A stretch of 64,000 nucleotides of DNA from Octopus sinensis (taxonomy: Eukaryota). Shown piece by piece: positions 1 to 11,024 of this stretch. The stretch covers positions 100,192,001-100,256,000 of the forward strand of contig NC_043005.1 of the NCBI RefSeq assembly GCF_006345805.1. Direction: 5' to 3'. The stretch's first letter is position 1. Each line of letters starts with the position of its first letter. The translations under genes and the position numbers were made by a program. The notes under the pieces are model-generated. The model had not been told where the DNA came from and did not search any database. It worked only from the letters and a program-made list of their open reading frames with translations.

Positions 1-24
1 ATATATATATATATATATATATAT

Positions 25-494
25 GAACCGGCTTCCGTGCCAGTGGCACATAAAAGGCACCATTCAAGTGTGATCGTTACCAGTGTCACCTTACTGGCAC
101 TTGTGCCCGTGCTAGTAGGGTGCCAAGAGCACCATCTGAGTGTGATCGTTGCCAGAGCGGATAACTGGCTTCCATGCCAGTGGCATGTAAAAGGTACCAT
201 TCGAGTGTGATCGTTACCAGTGTCACCTTACTGGCACCTGTGCCAGTACCATGTGTAAAAAGATTCGAGCAAGGTCATTGCCAGTACCGCCTGACTGGCC
301 CCCGTGCTTGTGGCACATAAAAAGCACCCACTGCACTCACAGAGTGGTTGGCATTAGCAAGGGCATCCAGCTGTAGAAACTCTGCCAGATCAAGATTGGA
401 GCCTGGTGCAGCCATCTGGTACACCAGCCCTCAGTCAAAATCATCCAACCCATGCTAGCATGGAATGCGGACGTTAAACAATGATGATGATGAT
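25..494 (+). mobile_element. Family D: RTE-type LINE 3' end or derived SINE with diverged ~60-bp subrepeats
   Basis: Units gtggcac(a/g)taaaa(g)gcacc, then gagtggttggcattagcaagggcatccagctgtagaaac, ending cccatgctagcatggaatgcggacgttaaacaa(tga)n; many similar copies in the window. Confidence 0.75.
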
Positions 495-689
495 ATATAT
501 ATACTCATATAGTTATGGTGTATTTTTTTAAGAACGTAGTAGTCTGCAGTATAAAGCTCATAAATCTGAGGCTATAAACCTTCAGATTTACCGTTTGCTA
601 TCCAGTAGTAATATTATATATGCTTCCAGGTTTGTGTTTGGGCATCTGTTGTGTGTGAATAGGTAACCGAAAAAACTGGAGTCAACAAG

Positions 690-1085
690 GAGTATGGTTA
701 GATATTTATTTTTCAATCACTACAATTGTCTCCATGCAACATAGTTCTCCAGGCATGCAGGTACTTGATTATGCAACTGTTTCCCTGCATTCTGAGATCT
801 AGTTGTGTTTCCTCAAGCGATATGTAAATATTGTCTCCGTAACTTCAAATTCTTGGCTTCAAAAACATCCTCTCTGTCTGTTGGGGCCTGAATTTAGTAG
901 TAGTAACTGAGTTTATTAAGGAGTGTTGTTGCTGAAGGACGATTGGAAAACTGCTTTGAATGTGTAGATGTAGTGGAATGGTGATTCTGGTACTGTTAAA
1001 GTGATTGCCATTTTAATGGAATTAGCATTTTGATTTCTTTGTACTGTGAATTACACATGCAATTGTCCTTAGCTGACCTTCAAGA
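690..1085 (-). mobile_element. Penelope-like element relic (endonuclease C-terminal region plus terminal repeat)
   Basis: Minus strand reads ..FSNRPSATTLLNKLSYYY*, resembling the LLNKRSEL-type C-terminus of PLE GIY-YIG ORFs as I recall it; followed by a segment homologous to 1620-1735 that carries a degenerate hammerhead-like motif. Confidence 0.5.
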
Positions 1086-1149
1086 TTCATCCTATAAGTA
1101 CAGATATGTGTTGGTTCATATATACTTCCATATAGGTACTAATGCTTGG

Positions 1150-1620
1150 ACACATTCACACACATACATATATATATATTCACACACACACATATATATA
1201 TATACATATATATGTCTACATATATACGTATATACATACACGCACACATATACAGATATGTACGGTATACTCACATACACATATACAAATATATGTACAT
1301 ACATAGACACGCACACATGCTTGTGTGTGCATACACACACTTACACACACATATATATTTACTTATGTAGGTACATACATTCATGCATAGTAAACATGCA
1401 GACAGGCATACATACATACATATAGAGAGAGAGAAATACAACCTGACAATGTACATATGAATAGGGGGGAGGGGAGGGTGAAAAGAGCTCACTGAATTAT
1501 TATTATTATCATTATTATTATTATTATTACTATTATTATTATTATTATTATTATTGTTATTACGATTTTTATAGTTATTATTATTATTATTACTATTATT
1601 GCTATTGCTATTATTATTTA
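1150..1620. repeat. Mixed (CA)/(TA) then (ATT)n microsatellite
   Basis: Directly visible. Confidence 0.95.
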
Positions 1621-1735
1621 ATATCACCTGAAGAAACACATCTAGATCTGATGACACAGGGAAGCACTTGCATGGAAACAATTGTAGTGATTAAAAAATA
1701 AATGTCCAACCACACTCCAGTTTTTTCAATCATAT
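1620..1735 (+). mobile_element. PLE-type terminal repeat fragment, inverted relative to 690-830
   Basis: tgcatggaaacaattgtagtgattaaaaaataaatgtccaaccacactcc matches the reverse complement of 690-740. Confidence 0.6.
1623..1691 (+). ncRNA. Type I hammerhead-ribozyme-like motif (candidate)
   Basis: atcac-CTGAAGA-(40 nt)-GAAAC-AATT-GTA-gtgat: perfect 5-bp stem I, intact core, palindromic stem III ACAATTGT; stem II irregular. Confidence 0.4.
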
Positions 1736-1738
1736 ATA

Positions 1739-1772
<34 letters not shown>

Positions 1773-1855
1773 TATATGTATATATATAAGTATATGTATA
1801 TGCATATACTTGTACATATATATGTATATACTTATATATATATATTCTTTTATAA

Positions 1856-2000
1856 GATTCAGTCATTTAACTGTGGCCATGGTGGAGCACCACCTTCAGT
1901 CAAGCAAATTGACCCCAGGACTTATTCTTTGTAAGCCTAGTATTTATTCTATTGGTCTCTTTTGCTGAACTACTAGTTACGGGAACGTAAACACACCAGC
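1856..2000 (-). mobile_element. SINE family A, 3' part
   Basis: cagtcatttaactgtggccatggtggagcacc...gaccccaggacttattctttgtaagcctag matches other family A copies. Confidence 0.8.
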
Positions 2001-2011
2001 ATATATATATT

Positions 2012-2330
2012 ACGTAAAAGCACCATTCGCTCATGGCCGTTTGCCAGCTCTGCCTGGCCCCGTGCCGGTGACATGTAAAAGCACCGTCCGCTCGTGGCCG
2101 TTTGCCAGCTCTGTCTGGCAACCGTGTCGGTGGCACGTAAAAGCACCATCCATTCGTGTCCGTTGCCAGCATCGCCTGGCCCCCGTGCCGGTGACACGTA
2201 AAAGCACCGTCCGTTCGTGGCCGGTTGCCAGCTCTGTCTGGCAACCGTGTCGGTGGCACGTAAAAGCACCATCCGTTCGTGGCCGTTCACCAGCTCTGTC
2301 TGGCACCTGTGCAGGTGGCACGTAAAAAAC
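2012..2330 (+). repeat. 61/62-bp minisatellite (units start 2012, 2073, 2135, 2196, 2258; partial unit at 2320)
   Basis: Each unit begins a(c/t)gtaaaagcacc; two unit types alternate. Confidence 0.9.
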
Positions 2331-2505
2331 ACCCACTACACTCGCGGAGTGGTTGGCGTTAGGAAGGGCATCCAGCCGTAGAAACACTGCCAGATCTGAC
2401 TGGGCCTGACAAAGCCTTCCAGCTTCACAGACCCCAGTTGAACTGTCCAACCCATGCTAGCATGGAAAACGGACGCTAAACGATGATGATGATGATGATG
2501 ATGAT
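2012..2505 (+). mobile_element. Family D element with a five-unit GC-rich tandem array and (GAT)n tail
   Basis: Array followed by ggagtggttggcgttaggaagggcatccagccgtagaaac...cccatgctagcatggaaaacggacgctaaac(gat)n. Confidence 0.8.
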
Positions 2506-2559
2506 ATATATACATCTATATATATATGCATCTATATATATATATTTATATACATATAC

Positions 2560-2590
<31 letters not shown>

Positions 2591-2664
2591 CATATATATA
2601 CATATATACTTATATACATATATACATATATACATATATATATATATACATTATATATATATAC

Positions 2665-2730
<66 letters not shown>

Positions 2731-2883
2731 TATATATACATATATTATATATATATATTATATATATATATTATATATGCATCTATATATATGCATCTAT
2801 ATATATATGCATCTATATATATATGCATCTATATATATATATAATATATATATATATATTATATATATATACATGTATATATT

Positions 2884-2935
<52 letters not shown>

Positions 2936-2955
2936 ATATTATATATATATATAAC
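2505..2955. repeat. Imperfect (TA)n tract
   Basis: Directly visible. Confidence 0.95.
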
Positions 2956-3146
2956 TACACATAAGACTTCATTCAGTTTCTGTTTACCAACTCCACTCAT
3001 TGGCCTGAGACTATGCAAGGTTCCACATGATAGAACTGAACACAGTCATGTGATAGGGAAGCAAGCTTCTTACCACACAGCCATAGCTGCATCTCTAGGT
3101 GTATACGTGCAGTCTGCCTAGCTAACAATAGGTTCCACTCTTACAT

Positions 3147-3612
3147 AATAATAATAATAATGATAATAATGATAATAATAACAATAATAATAATAATGAT
3201 AATAATAATAATTCTGTAGTTAGACGTGAGGAGGTTTAGTCAGATGTTTCAAGTTGGATGAAAACTGACGGAGGTAATTATTATGATTATAGTGATGAGA
3301 CACTTACAGTACTGAGGGCAATGAAAGTGTTAATTAGCAGAATGATGATGATGATTATGATGATGATGATGATGATGATGACGATGATGACGACGGCGAT
3401 GACAATGATGATAATAGTGATTATGATTATGATGACAACGATGATGATGATGAAGATTATGATGATGATGATGATGATGACGAGGATGATGATGATGATA
3501 ATGATTATGATGATGACGATGATGAAGACGACGACAACGATGACGATAATGACAATGATGATGATGATTACAATGATGGTGATGATGATGATGATGACGA
3601 TGATTCTGATGA
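3147..3612. repeat. (AAT)n followed by a long imperfect (ATG/GAC)n tract
   Basis: Directly visible; source of the poly-Met, poly-His and poly-Ile ORFs. Confidence 0.9.
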
Positions 3613-4059
3613 TTGCTATCAACACTAGTATCATGGTTGGTCATACAATGCACCCCCTCTCACACTCTCACGCACACACACATACACACACACACACACA
3701 CACCAGCAGACCGTGGGGGGTATTGTTAAAACTGTTTACATTAAACTTGTACTTCTCCTCTTAACTAATACAATACAATAATGTTTACTCTCCCTAAAAC
3801 TAAATTAATATACACACAACCAGACAATTAATTCGTTAACGAGGATTCTTGCTAGATCCCCTCGAACACAGCAGCTTCTTCCTCAATGGAATACTTACGT
3901 CCACCTCTCCCACCGTCCCTCTACCCTGCCCCCCCCCACCGAAACATTCAAACTGACTTTTCCTCGTGGCATTTGCAGGTAGATTATTATTTCATTTATG
4001 GTATTTCATAACTGTACCAACAGTTTGGAATGGATCACCGACAAAATGCTCAGAATAAG

Positions 4060-4374
4060 AATCAAATTTGTCACCCCCACCCCCATCCCCACCACCATTT
4101 CTCTGGATACCAACATTACCACCCACGACCACAAGCCATCACCAACGCCATCACCAACGCCACTACCAATGCCGCCATCACCACCAACGCTACTAACATC
4201 ACCTTGACGACTACCCAACACCATCAATGCCACAACCCTCAAGCGTAAAAACCTCCTCTCTTCCTCCATTGCTACTACTACTACCACCGCCACCACCACC
4301 ACCACCACCACCACCACCACTACTACTACAACCACTGCTGCTGCTACTACTACATCCATTGCTGCTGCTACTAT

Positions 4375-4407
<33 letters not shown>

Positions 4408-4550
4408 AACCATTGCTGCTGCTGCTTCAACTACTACTACTACTTCTAATGCTACTGCTGCTGCTGCTACTACTACTACTACTACTGCTATTACTAAAAA
4501 TAGACACATAACTGTTGATACAATGACAATGACCACAACAACTGCAACTA
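4060..4550. repeat. Mosaic trinucleotide tract (ACC/ACT/GCT)
   Basis: Directly visible. Confidence 0.9.
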
Positions 4551-5064
4551 GTGTAAGTGTTCTCCGCTGAATGAAAGATAAATCACCTCCTGTCTTAATG
4601 AATAAATAAAAAATCTCCTCCTCTTCCATCGTTAACAATCCTCTACTCTAATGAATGATCAATTTTGTCTTCATCTTTACGTAATTAATGATATAGTCCC
4701 CTCCACCCTCCACCCCCTTCCCACCATCCCTTCTCGTCCTCTTCCACCACTTCATCAACTTGGTACCAGACTCTGACAAGCTACACCACAACCAATGCCA
4801 ACACCACTCCTATCACGACGACCACCACCACCACCATTGGCACTACCGCCATGCTCTAACTTTCTTCCTTAATTAATAGCTAATAAATCTCTCTCATGGG
4901 TTCTCTTAACGACTCTGTCACAAATTTTCCACAGACATTCCAACAAGGTGGTCATTAGATCGAATAATACATCAACTATTTTCTCTCACATCTTCCATAG
5001 TCTCTGTCTTTATCAACCTGTAATATGTGAATATGTACACACACACACACACCACACACACATA

Positions 5065-5177
<113 letters not shown>

Positions 5178-5188
5178 TATATATATAC

Positions 5189-5567
5189 ACTAGCAGTATC
5201 ACCCAGCGTTGCTCGGGTTTGTTTCAACCTTTTAGAATTGGAATTTTTGAAAAGTAAAAATTTTGCATTATGTAGCTTGTCATTCTCTTTAAGTGAACAT
5301 TTTTCTGGTTGAAATACACCGAAAAATGGCGACACAGCAGTTAAAAAATCGTAAAAAATAAGGAATTTTCATAGAAAAAAGCACTTTTTTGATGTAAATA
5401 ATTTTTGGTGTTAACATGGTCCGATTTGATTTTTTTCTTCTACGGAAGGAAGAGCAACCCTTCTTCTATCATACTCTCAATTTTGGTCAACTTACGCCAC
5501 AAGGTCTCGGAGGAGATAGTGTTAGTTGAAGGCTACCAAACCTGCCACACACAGACAACTACAGCTT

Positions 5568-5575
<8 letters not shown>
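5189..5575 (+). mobile_element. Non-autonomous Helitron/Helentron-type element
   Basis: Begins actagcagtatcacccagcgttgctcggg and ends acacagacaactacagctttatatata, termini typical of Lep1/HINE-like elements; second copy at 17266-17652 in opposite orientation. Confidence 0.6.
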
Positions 5576-5602
<27 letters not shown>

Positions 5603-5605
5603 ATA

Positions 5606-5628
5606 CGAGGGTGAGTCAAAAAGTAAGG
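5606..5628 (+). mobile_element. Solo mariner-type TIR
   Basis: TA|cgagggtgagtcaaaaagtaa; no partner TIR found. Confidence 0.4.
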
Positions 5629-5683
5629 GAGGAAAGAGAATGAAAGAAACATTAAAAGATTTCTTTACCACTGATCTCTTGAT

Positions 5684-5916
5684 TGAACCACGTCCTGTTG
5701 ACTTGCCTCTCTAACCACACATTTCTTGCTCTCTCTATGTTCTGTGCCTGTCTTTCCACTCATACTCTGGCAACCTACCAACCCATGTGTCATCTCCCTT
5801 TCTCTCAGACTTTACCTCTCTACTGAGGAATTCCAACCACGTTTTGTGGTTTGCTACCTCAACAGCTCCTTTATAGGATCCAGTGGCTAAGGACATCATC
5901 ATCATGAACCACGTCC
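5684..5916. mobile_element. Short retro-type insertion with a 12-bp target-site duplication
   Basis: tgaaccacgtcc at 5684-5695 and 5905-5916; (cat)n next to the right copy; minus strand reads IL*GAVEVANHKTWLE (RTE C-terminus-like). Confidence 0.5.
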
Positions 5917-5919
5917 AGT

Positions 5920-6795
5920 TTCAGCCCCTACTCCTTTAAGCCCCTACTCCAATAAAGGTGCAAAAATGCTATGTGAAGTCTCTCTTGTCTCAAAAACTGA
6001 CACAAAAAGAGTTGAAACTCAGGGGTGAAATAATACAATGTGCAATAAAATAACATAAGACATGTTCTTTGCAAATCAATTTTATCTCAAAAATTGAACA
6101 ATACCGCTAATTTTTTTTAAGTTCGATGAGAAACGTTAGGCAAGGTTTTAGATGTAACCCCCAAAATTTTTCACATTTTATAAGCAATCAGTTAGCTTTT
6201 TCTACTTTCAATTGAATTTTGTTGAGAATATCTTCAGAAAATTGAGTAACCACCAGTTTTTTATTTGTTTTATTTTCCCTTTTTACTCACTTAAAGTAAA
6301 TGCCTTTTCCTAGTAGTTTTTCATGTCAGCTGGTTTATTGCATGAAAAACAGTTGTAAGAGCACATTTGACTGCAAATGCATGTGGTTGATTGCAATTAA
6401 TTAAAGTTAGAGCGATATCGATCTTTTTAACCGCTTACAAACGTGTGAAAATGCAGAAATGAATACAGTTGTTCGTGGTCTGATATTTCAATCAAAATGA
6501 GACTGCATTTACAAACAGCAAGCTTTATTTACATTTATCTGTCATTTAAATGTGGAAATGTAGAAATGAATTGTTTAGGACGTTGGTTAATGAACAGGAT
6601 GGCAGAAGAAGCAGGACAAAAAGATTACAAAAATAGCGATTCTCACTTTGAAACTGACAATTTTGAAAATCTTTCTAGATTACGGAATGTCCCACTCTCT
6701 CATGTATCCATGTTTAAAATTTCAGCATGATCAGATGAGCAATACTTGAGTTATAAGTGCACAGAAAACAGACAGACAGAATAGGATTTATATAT
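5920..6795 (+). mobile_element. Possible decayed Helitron-type non-autonomous element
   Basis: Ends acagacagacagaataggatttatatattagat; contains cccctactcc and ggggtgaaat motifs. Confidence 0.3.
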
Positions 6796-6968
6796 TAGAT
6801 ATATAAAGACCCTCTGACATTCAAAATGTTTGCTGGATGGATAAGTTCAATGAATTTGAGATAAACCACTAACACACAAATATATCTCTGCAAATAATAA
6901 CTCTTTACTTGAATCGGCTATGGTTCCCAAAGAAAAACTAAAGAAGCATCATTAAATGTCTTTTCCAG

Positions 6969-7008
6969 GTGGTGCTGTTAAGTTAGACATGGCCTGTGCC
7001 AATGCTGG
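6969..7008 (+). other. Weak candidate exon (GGAVKLDMACANAG)
   Basis: tcttttccAG acceptor, one open frame, weak GTGAAA donor; no homology recognised. Confidence 0.15.
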
Positions 7009-7030
7009 GTGAAATCTATATATTATATTT

Positions 7031-7264
7031 ATATATGAGTGTATAAAAATTTATACAAGGAAAGAAGACCACTTATAGGTTAAAGGGAGCAGTCAAAAGC
7101 CCAAACCATGGAGAACATTCATTAGGGCACTTTGATGGTAAGCGAGAGGTGCCCAAAATAAGAATGTTTTTCATGGTTTGGGGTTTTGACTGCCTTCTTT
7201 AGCATGTAAGAACATGACTTAGTAGTCTTCTCTCCATGTATAAATTTTTGTACACTCATATATA
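7031..7264. repeat. Long imperfect inverted repeat (fold-back)
   Basis: Outer arms 7031-7073 and ~7221-7263 match at 39/43; inner arms 7082-7130 and 7149-7200; 18-nt central loop. Confidence 0.9.
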
Positions 7265-7374
7265 TTATAAAAATATTTATGGCTTTGAACATTTTTTACT
7301 CAAGCTGACCACTGGTATACATTATTAATTTAATAATTTTAACCCTTATATATATATATTTTTTCTATTTGTTT

Positions 7375-7705
7375 CCATACCGCCTTTGGTCGAGCAAATC
7401 GCCCCCAGAACTCATTCTTTGTAAGCTTAGTACATATTCTATCGGTCTCTTTTGCCGAACTGCTAAGTGATGGGTACGTAAACACACCAACATCAGTTGT
7501 TTAGCGATGTTGGGGGGACAAACACAGACACACAAACACACACACACACACACACACAACACACACACACATATACGACGGGCTTCTTTCAGTTTCCGCC
7601 TACCAAATCCTCTCACAAGGCTTTGGTTGGCCCAAGGCTATAATAGAAGACATTTGCCCAAGTTGCCACACAGTGGGACTGAACCATACAGCCACTCCTG
7701 CGCCT
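7375..7705 (-). mobile_element. SINE family A
   Basis: tRNA-like head (reverse complement aggcgcaggagtggctgt), ttgggcaa..gtcttcta CORE-like segment, internal (CA)n; part of the head deleted. Confidence 0.85.
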
Positions 7706-7754
7706 AATTGATTCCTGGATGGATACATATATATACATATATATATATGTTCAA

Positions 7755-7792
<38 letters not shown>

Positions 7793-8040
7793 AGAAATTA
7801 AATATAAATTATAAATTACAAAGTGGGACAAGAACACAAAAACACACAAAGAGACGACACAAAAAACAGTCGGGGCACTCGAAGCCTCTAATCTTCAGTC
7901 GGGAACCGGATCATCTTAGCAATATATATATATATATATATAAAATTAAATAAGGGTAGAAATTGATATTAATCAATGAAAACCTGTGGCTTAGCATAGT
8001 TTTTAAAAAATCCGAAGATTAAAAATTTTTTATCTTTGGA

Positions 8041-8096
8041 TCATCATCATCATCATCATCGTTTAACGTCCGCTTTCCATGCTAGCACGGGTTGGA
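8041..8096 (-). mobile_element. Family D extreme 3' tail
   Basis: (cat)n cgtttaacgtccgctttccatgctagcacgggttgga. Confidence 0.75.
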
Positions 8097-8514
8097 TCAT
8101 ATATATATATATATATATATATATTTGTATGTAGAGGTGCAGGCATGGCTGTGTGATTGGAAAGTCTTTTTTTCACATTTGTCTTTAACATGCTCTCATT
8201 GAGAAACATTTCTCTCTCTAGACTCTCTATGTGGAAACCTGACAAGCCAAATACACTAAATGACGTCAGTAGACTACCAGACGTTGTGTTTTGGCATGAT
8301 TTTGCCTCTTCCATGGCAGACACCACTTAGCATTTCATTCCTAAATATAGGAACATCAGACAATATATTTTCTGGTGATTGTTGAGGCTTGCCAACCTGA
8401 AAGTACATGGCCAGGAAGCGCATGAAACAATAAGGTTTATTATAAATATATGTACAATTATTTACAACATACTTCTGCACATAAGCTATACATAAATACA
8501 TACATACATGCATA

Positions 8515-8564
<50 letters not shown>

Positions 8565-8589
8565 AAAACTAGTTGTAGCTACAAATATA

Positions 8590-9456
8590 CAGGGTGTGAT
8601 AAATAAACTGTTAAAGTTACACAAAATCAAAAATAGCATCTCATTTTAACAGATATATTTACCAAAATTACATTAAAATATCTTGAAATATTAAAGAGTA
8701 AATTTATTTAATAAAATTGCCATTGGCTTCAACCACAGCTTCCAGATGTCTTCTGAATCTTCTGCAATTCTTCTGGATGGTCTCCTCGTTTAAGTTGGTG
8801 AATGCTGCCGTAATCCTTGCCTTCAGTTATAAGGCATTTTGTTGGTCTTTTGTTCAACTGTGCCCCATGCATAATAATCAAGGGGGTTGCAGTCTGAGGA
8901 GTTAGGTGGCCAGATGTTAGGGGTGATGTGGTCGCAGAAATTGTCTGACAGCCATGACTAGGTTTTCCTGCTTGTGTAGCATGGTGCAGAGTCCTGTTGC
9001 CAGACATAGGGTCTTCCGGCAGCCACCCTCTTGACCCAGGGCAGCACTACCTCTTTGAGACACTTGATGTAGGCCTCGAGGTTGAGTCTGAAGCCTCGTA
9101 GGAAGATGAATGGAGGCATAATGTTGCAAGCACTAGTGATCACTCTAAACACCACGATGTTGACTGGATGTTTGATTTTCATCACTGTCGGTACATGTCA
9201 TCAGATTGCACTGTCCTTAGATTGATACCTAAGCACTATGAAATGGTCATATTGGATCTTCCAGTGTGAATGCCAAGTGGTACAGCATGCTGTTTCCAAA
9301 TTTCTGGCAGAGTGAATTGCATCATGGTTCTGTTTTTCTCACAGATGGTACCCAACTGACCCTACTATACTGTGTAATTGACAAAATCAAAAACAAACAA
9401 TGCAAATGTGCAAAATTAAGAATATAAAATGGTGAAAGTTTATCCATCACATCCTG
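8590..9456 (-). mobile_element. Tc1/mariner-superfamily DD37D (maT) transposon, internally deleted, with pseudogenised transposase
   Basis: TA|cagggtgtgataaataaact at the left end and reverse complement caggatgtgatggataaact|TA at the right (17/20 match); minus strand KHPVNIVVFRVITS..WQQDSAPCYTSRKT*SWLSDNFCDHITPNIWPPNSSDCNPLDYY has 37 residues between the two Asp. Confidence 0.9.
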
Positions 9457-9496
9457 TATATTTATACGCATACACACACACACACACATAGATGTT

Positions 9497-9532
<36 letters not shown>

Positions 9533-9534
9533 AA

Positions 9535-9640
9535 ACAGGAAGGTTTACGAAAATAAACAAAAGACGAAGGCAGGTGGAGTACAAACAAACAATTGTATTA
9601 GTATGGCGCTCAGGAATAGAAATAAAACAAGTCTTTTACA
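9535..9640 (-). mobile_element. Short PLE-type terminal element (same family as 12122-12245 and 63895-64000)
   Basis: tttacgaaaataaacaaaagacgaaggcaggtggagtacaaacaaacaattgtattagt...aagtctttta shared with the other copies. Confidence 0.5.
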
Positions 9641-9687
9641 AATAAATAAATGGAGTTGAATGAAGATGTTAATAACATTCTTTTACT

Positions 9688-9730
9688 TTCGACATATGTT
9701 TCGAAGACAACATGGTTTTGTCACTTCAAC
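9688..9730 (-). ncRNA. Degenerate hammerhead-like motif
   Basis: Minus strand TTGAAGT-GACAA-loop-TTGTC-TTC-GAAAC-ATAT-GTC; palindromic ACATATGT and a GUC triplet, but the core is mutated and there is no stem I. Confidence 0.25.
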
Positions 9731-10109
9731 CGTGTTTCTGACGTGAATTTGCTACCCTAGTAACGGCTCATTGAATTTTCCATGTTAACGGTAAACATAG
9801 GATAATTCATTCACCCATTGAAATATATATATATATGCACATACACATGCAGGCATACAGATGCACATGCAAATAGATACATAAACATACGCACACTCAC
9901 ACACACACACATAAATTCATATTAATTTACACATAGATTTGGATAAAATCTCAGGTATATTTTTATTCTATAGCAAAAATAAACATGAAAATGAAACACT
10001 GCTACTAATGTACCAATAATTTATTAATGACTATTAATGTATGTGTATGTTAGGTGTTAGATTACTTTACATTTGCAAAGTGTGTACCTGCGCCAGTTTA
10101 TTATATATA

Positions 10110-10256
<147 letters not shown>

Positions 10257-10463
10257 GTATTTATGTATGTATGTATGCAGGTATCTGCCTGCAGATCTCC
10301 ATCACAAGGTTTATATGTACTTATGTAGCTGTATATGCTGTGTCTCATCTGAGTCTATCTATGAAGGTGCAATTTACCAAAACAAAACTGTTCATAGTAC
10401 ATTTGTATGTTGACATGAAACTATATTTCTCAACCAATATATTTTAAATTTTTCCATGTAGAT

Positions 10464-10630
10464 TGGTGCAGGAGTGGCTGAGTAGTAAGAGGCTTGCTTC
10501 CCAACCACACGGTTCCAGGTTCAGTTCCACTGTGTGGCACCTTGGGCAAATGTCTCCTGTTATGGCCTTGATCCAACGAAAGACTTATGAGTAGATTTGA
10601 TAGATGGAAACTGAAAGAAGCCCATCATAT
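10464..10630 (+). mobile_element. SINE family A, 5' half
   Basis: ggtgcaggagtggctgagtagtaag..ggttccaggttcagttcc (A/B-box-like), ggcaccttgggcaaatgtc; stops at the internal microsatellite. Confidence 0.8.
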
Positions 10631-10920
10631 ATCTATATATATAAAACTGAGAATGTGCATGTGTATGTGTGTTTGTCTGTGTGTCTGTATGTGTGCATCA
10701 CTAAAACTCAAGAACTACCCAACCAATTTTATTCAAATTTTAGACATACCTTACTTAGGGTTCATGCAGTGTCATGGGCCAAAAAGATTTTCAACTTCTT
10801 GCCTAATGTGAGCCCAGACCAATCTCTTATCTCTTATACTATTTCAGGATTACATGTCAAAAGGGAAGCAATAAAATCTCTATTAATACTTTCACTATTA
10901 TATGGTTTCAATTTCAATTA
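10631..10920. mobile_element. Helitron-type non-autonomous element fragment
   Basis: atctatatatataaaactgagaatgtg..gtctgtgtgtctgt..ctcaagaactacccaaccaattttattcaaattt, a Lep1/HINE-like terminus. Confidence 0.55.
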
Positions 10921-10993
10921 CTTTCAATATGTATTTATATGCATGTTTCTATATGAATATATGTATGTGTGTGTGTGTGTATATATATATATA

Positions 10994-11024
10994 TTAGGTT
11001 GTCAAGAAAGTTCTTGCAGTTTTT
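10994..11024 (+). mobile_element. Solo mariner-type TIR
   Basis: TA|ttaggttgtcaagaaagttcttgcagttttt, resembling Hsmar1/MADE-type ends. Confidence 0.4.

Noticed and set aside
2012-2330. Regularly spaced repeats as a possible CRISPR array
   Set aside because: Whole units are repeated, with no unique spacers and no cas genes; the context is a eukaryotic retroelement.
3950-4060. Branch-point/acceptor-like ctgac..tttgcAG at 3979
   Set aside because: The downstream frames close within 27 codons and no donor or homology is recognisable.
1030-4638. Long ORFs rich in YI/HT, poly-Met, poly-His, poly-Val or poly-Leu/Pro
   Set aside because: Read-through of di- and trinucleotide microsatellites, open on both strands, with no domain content.
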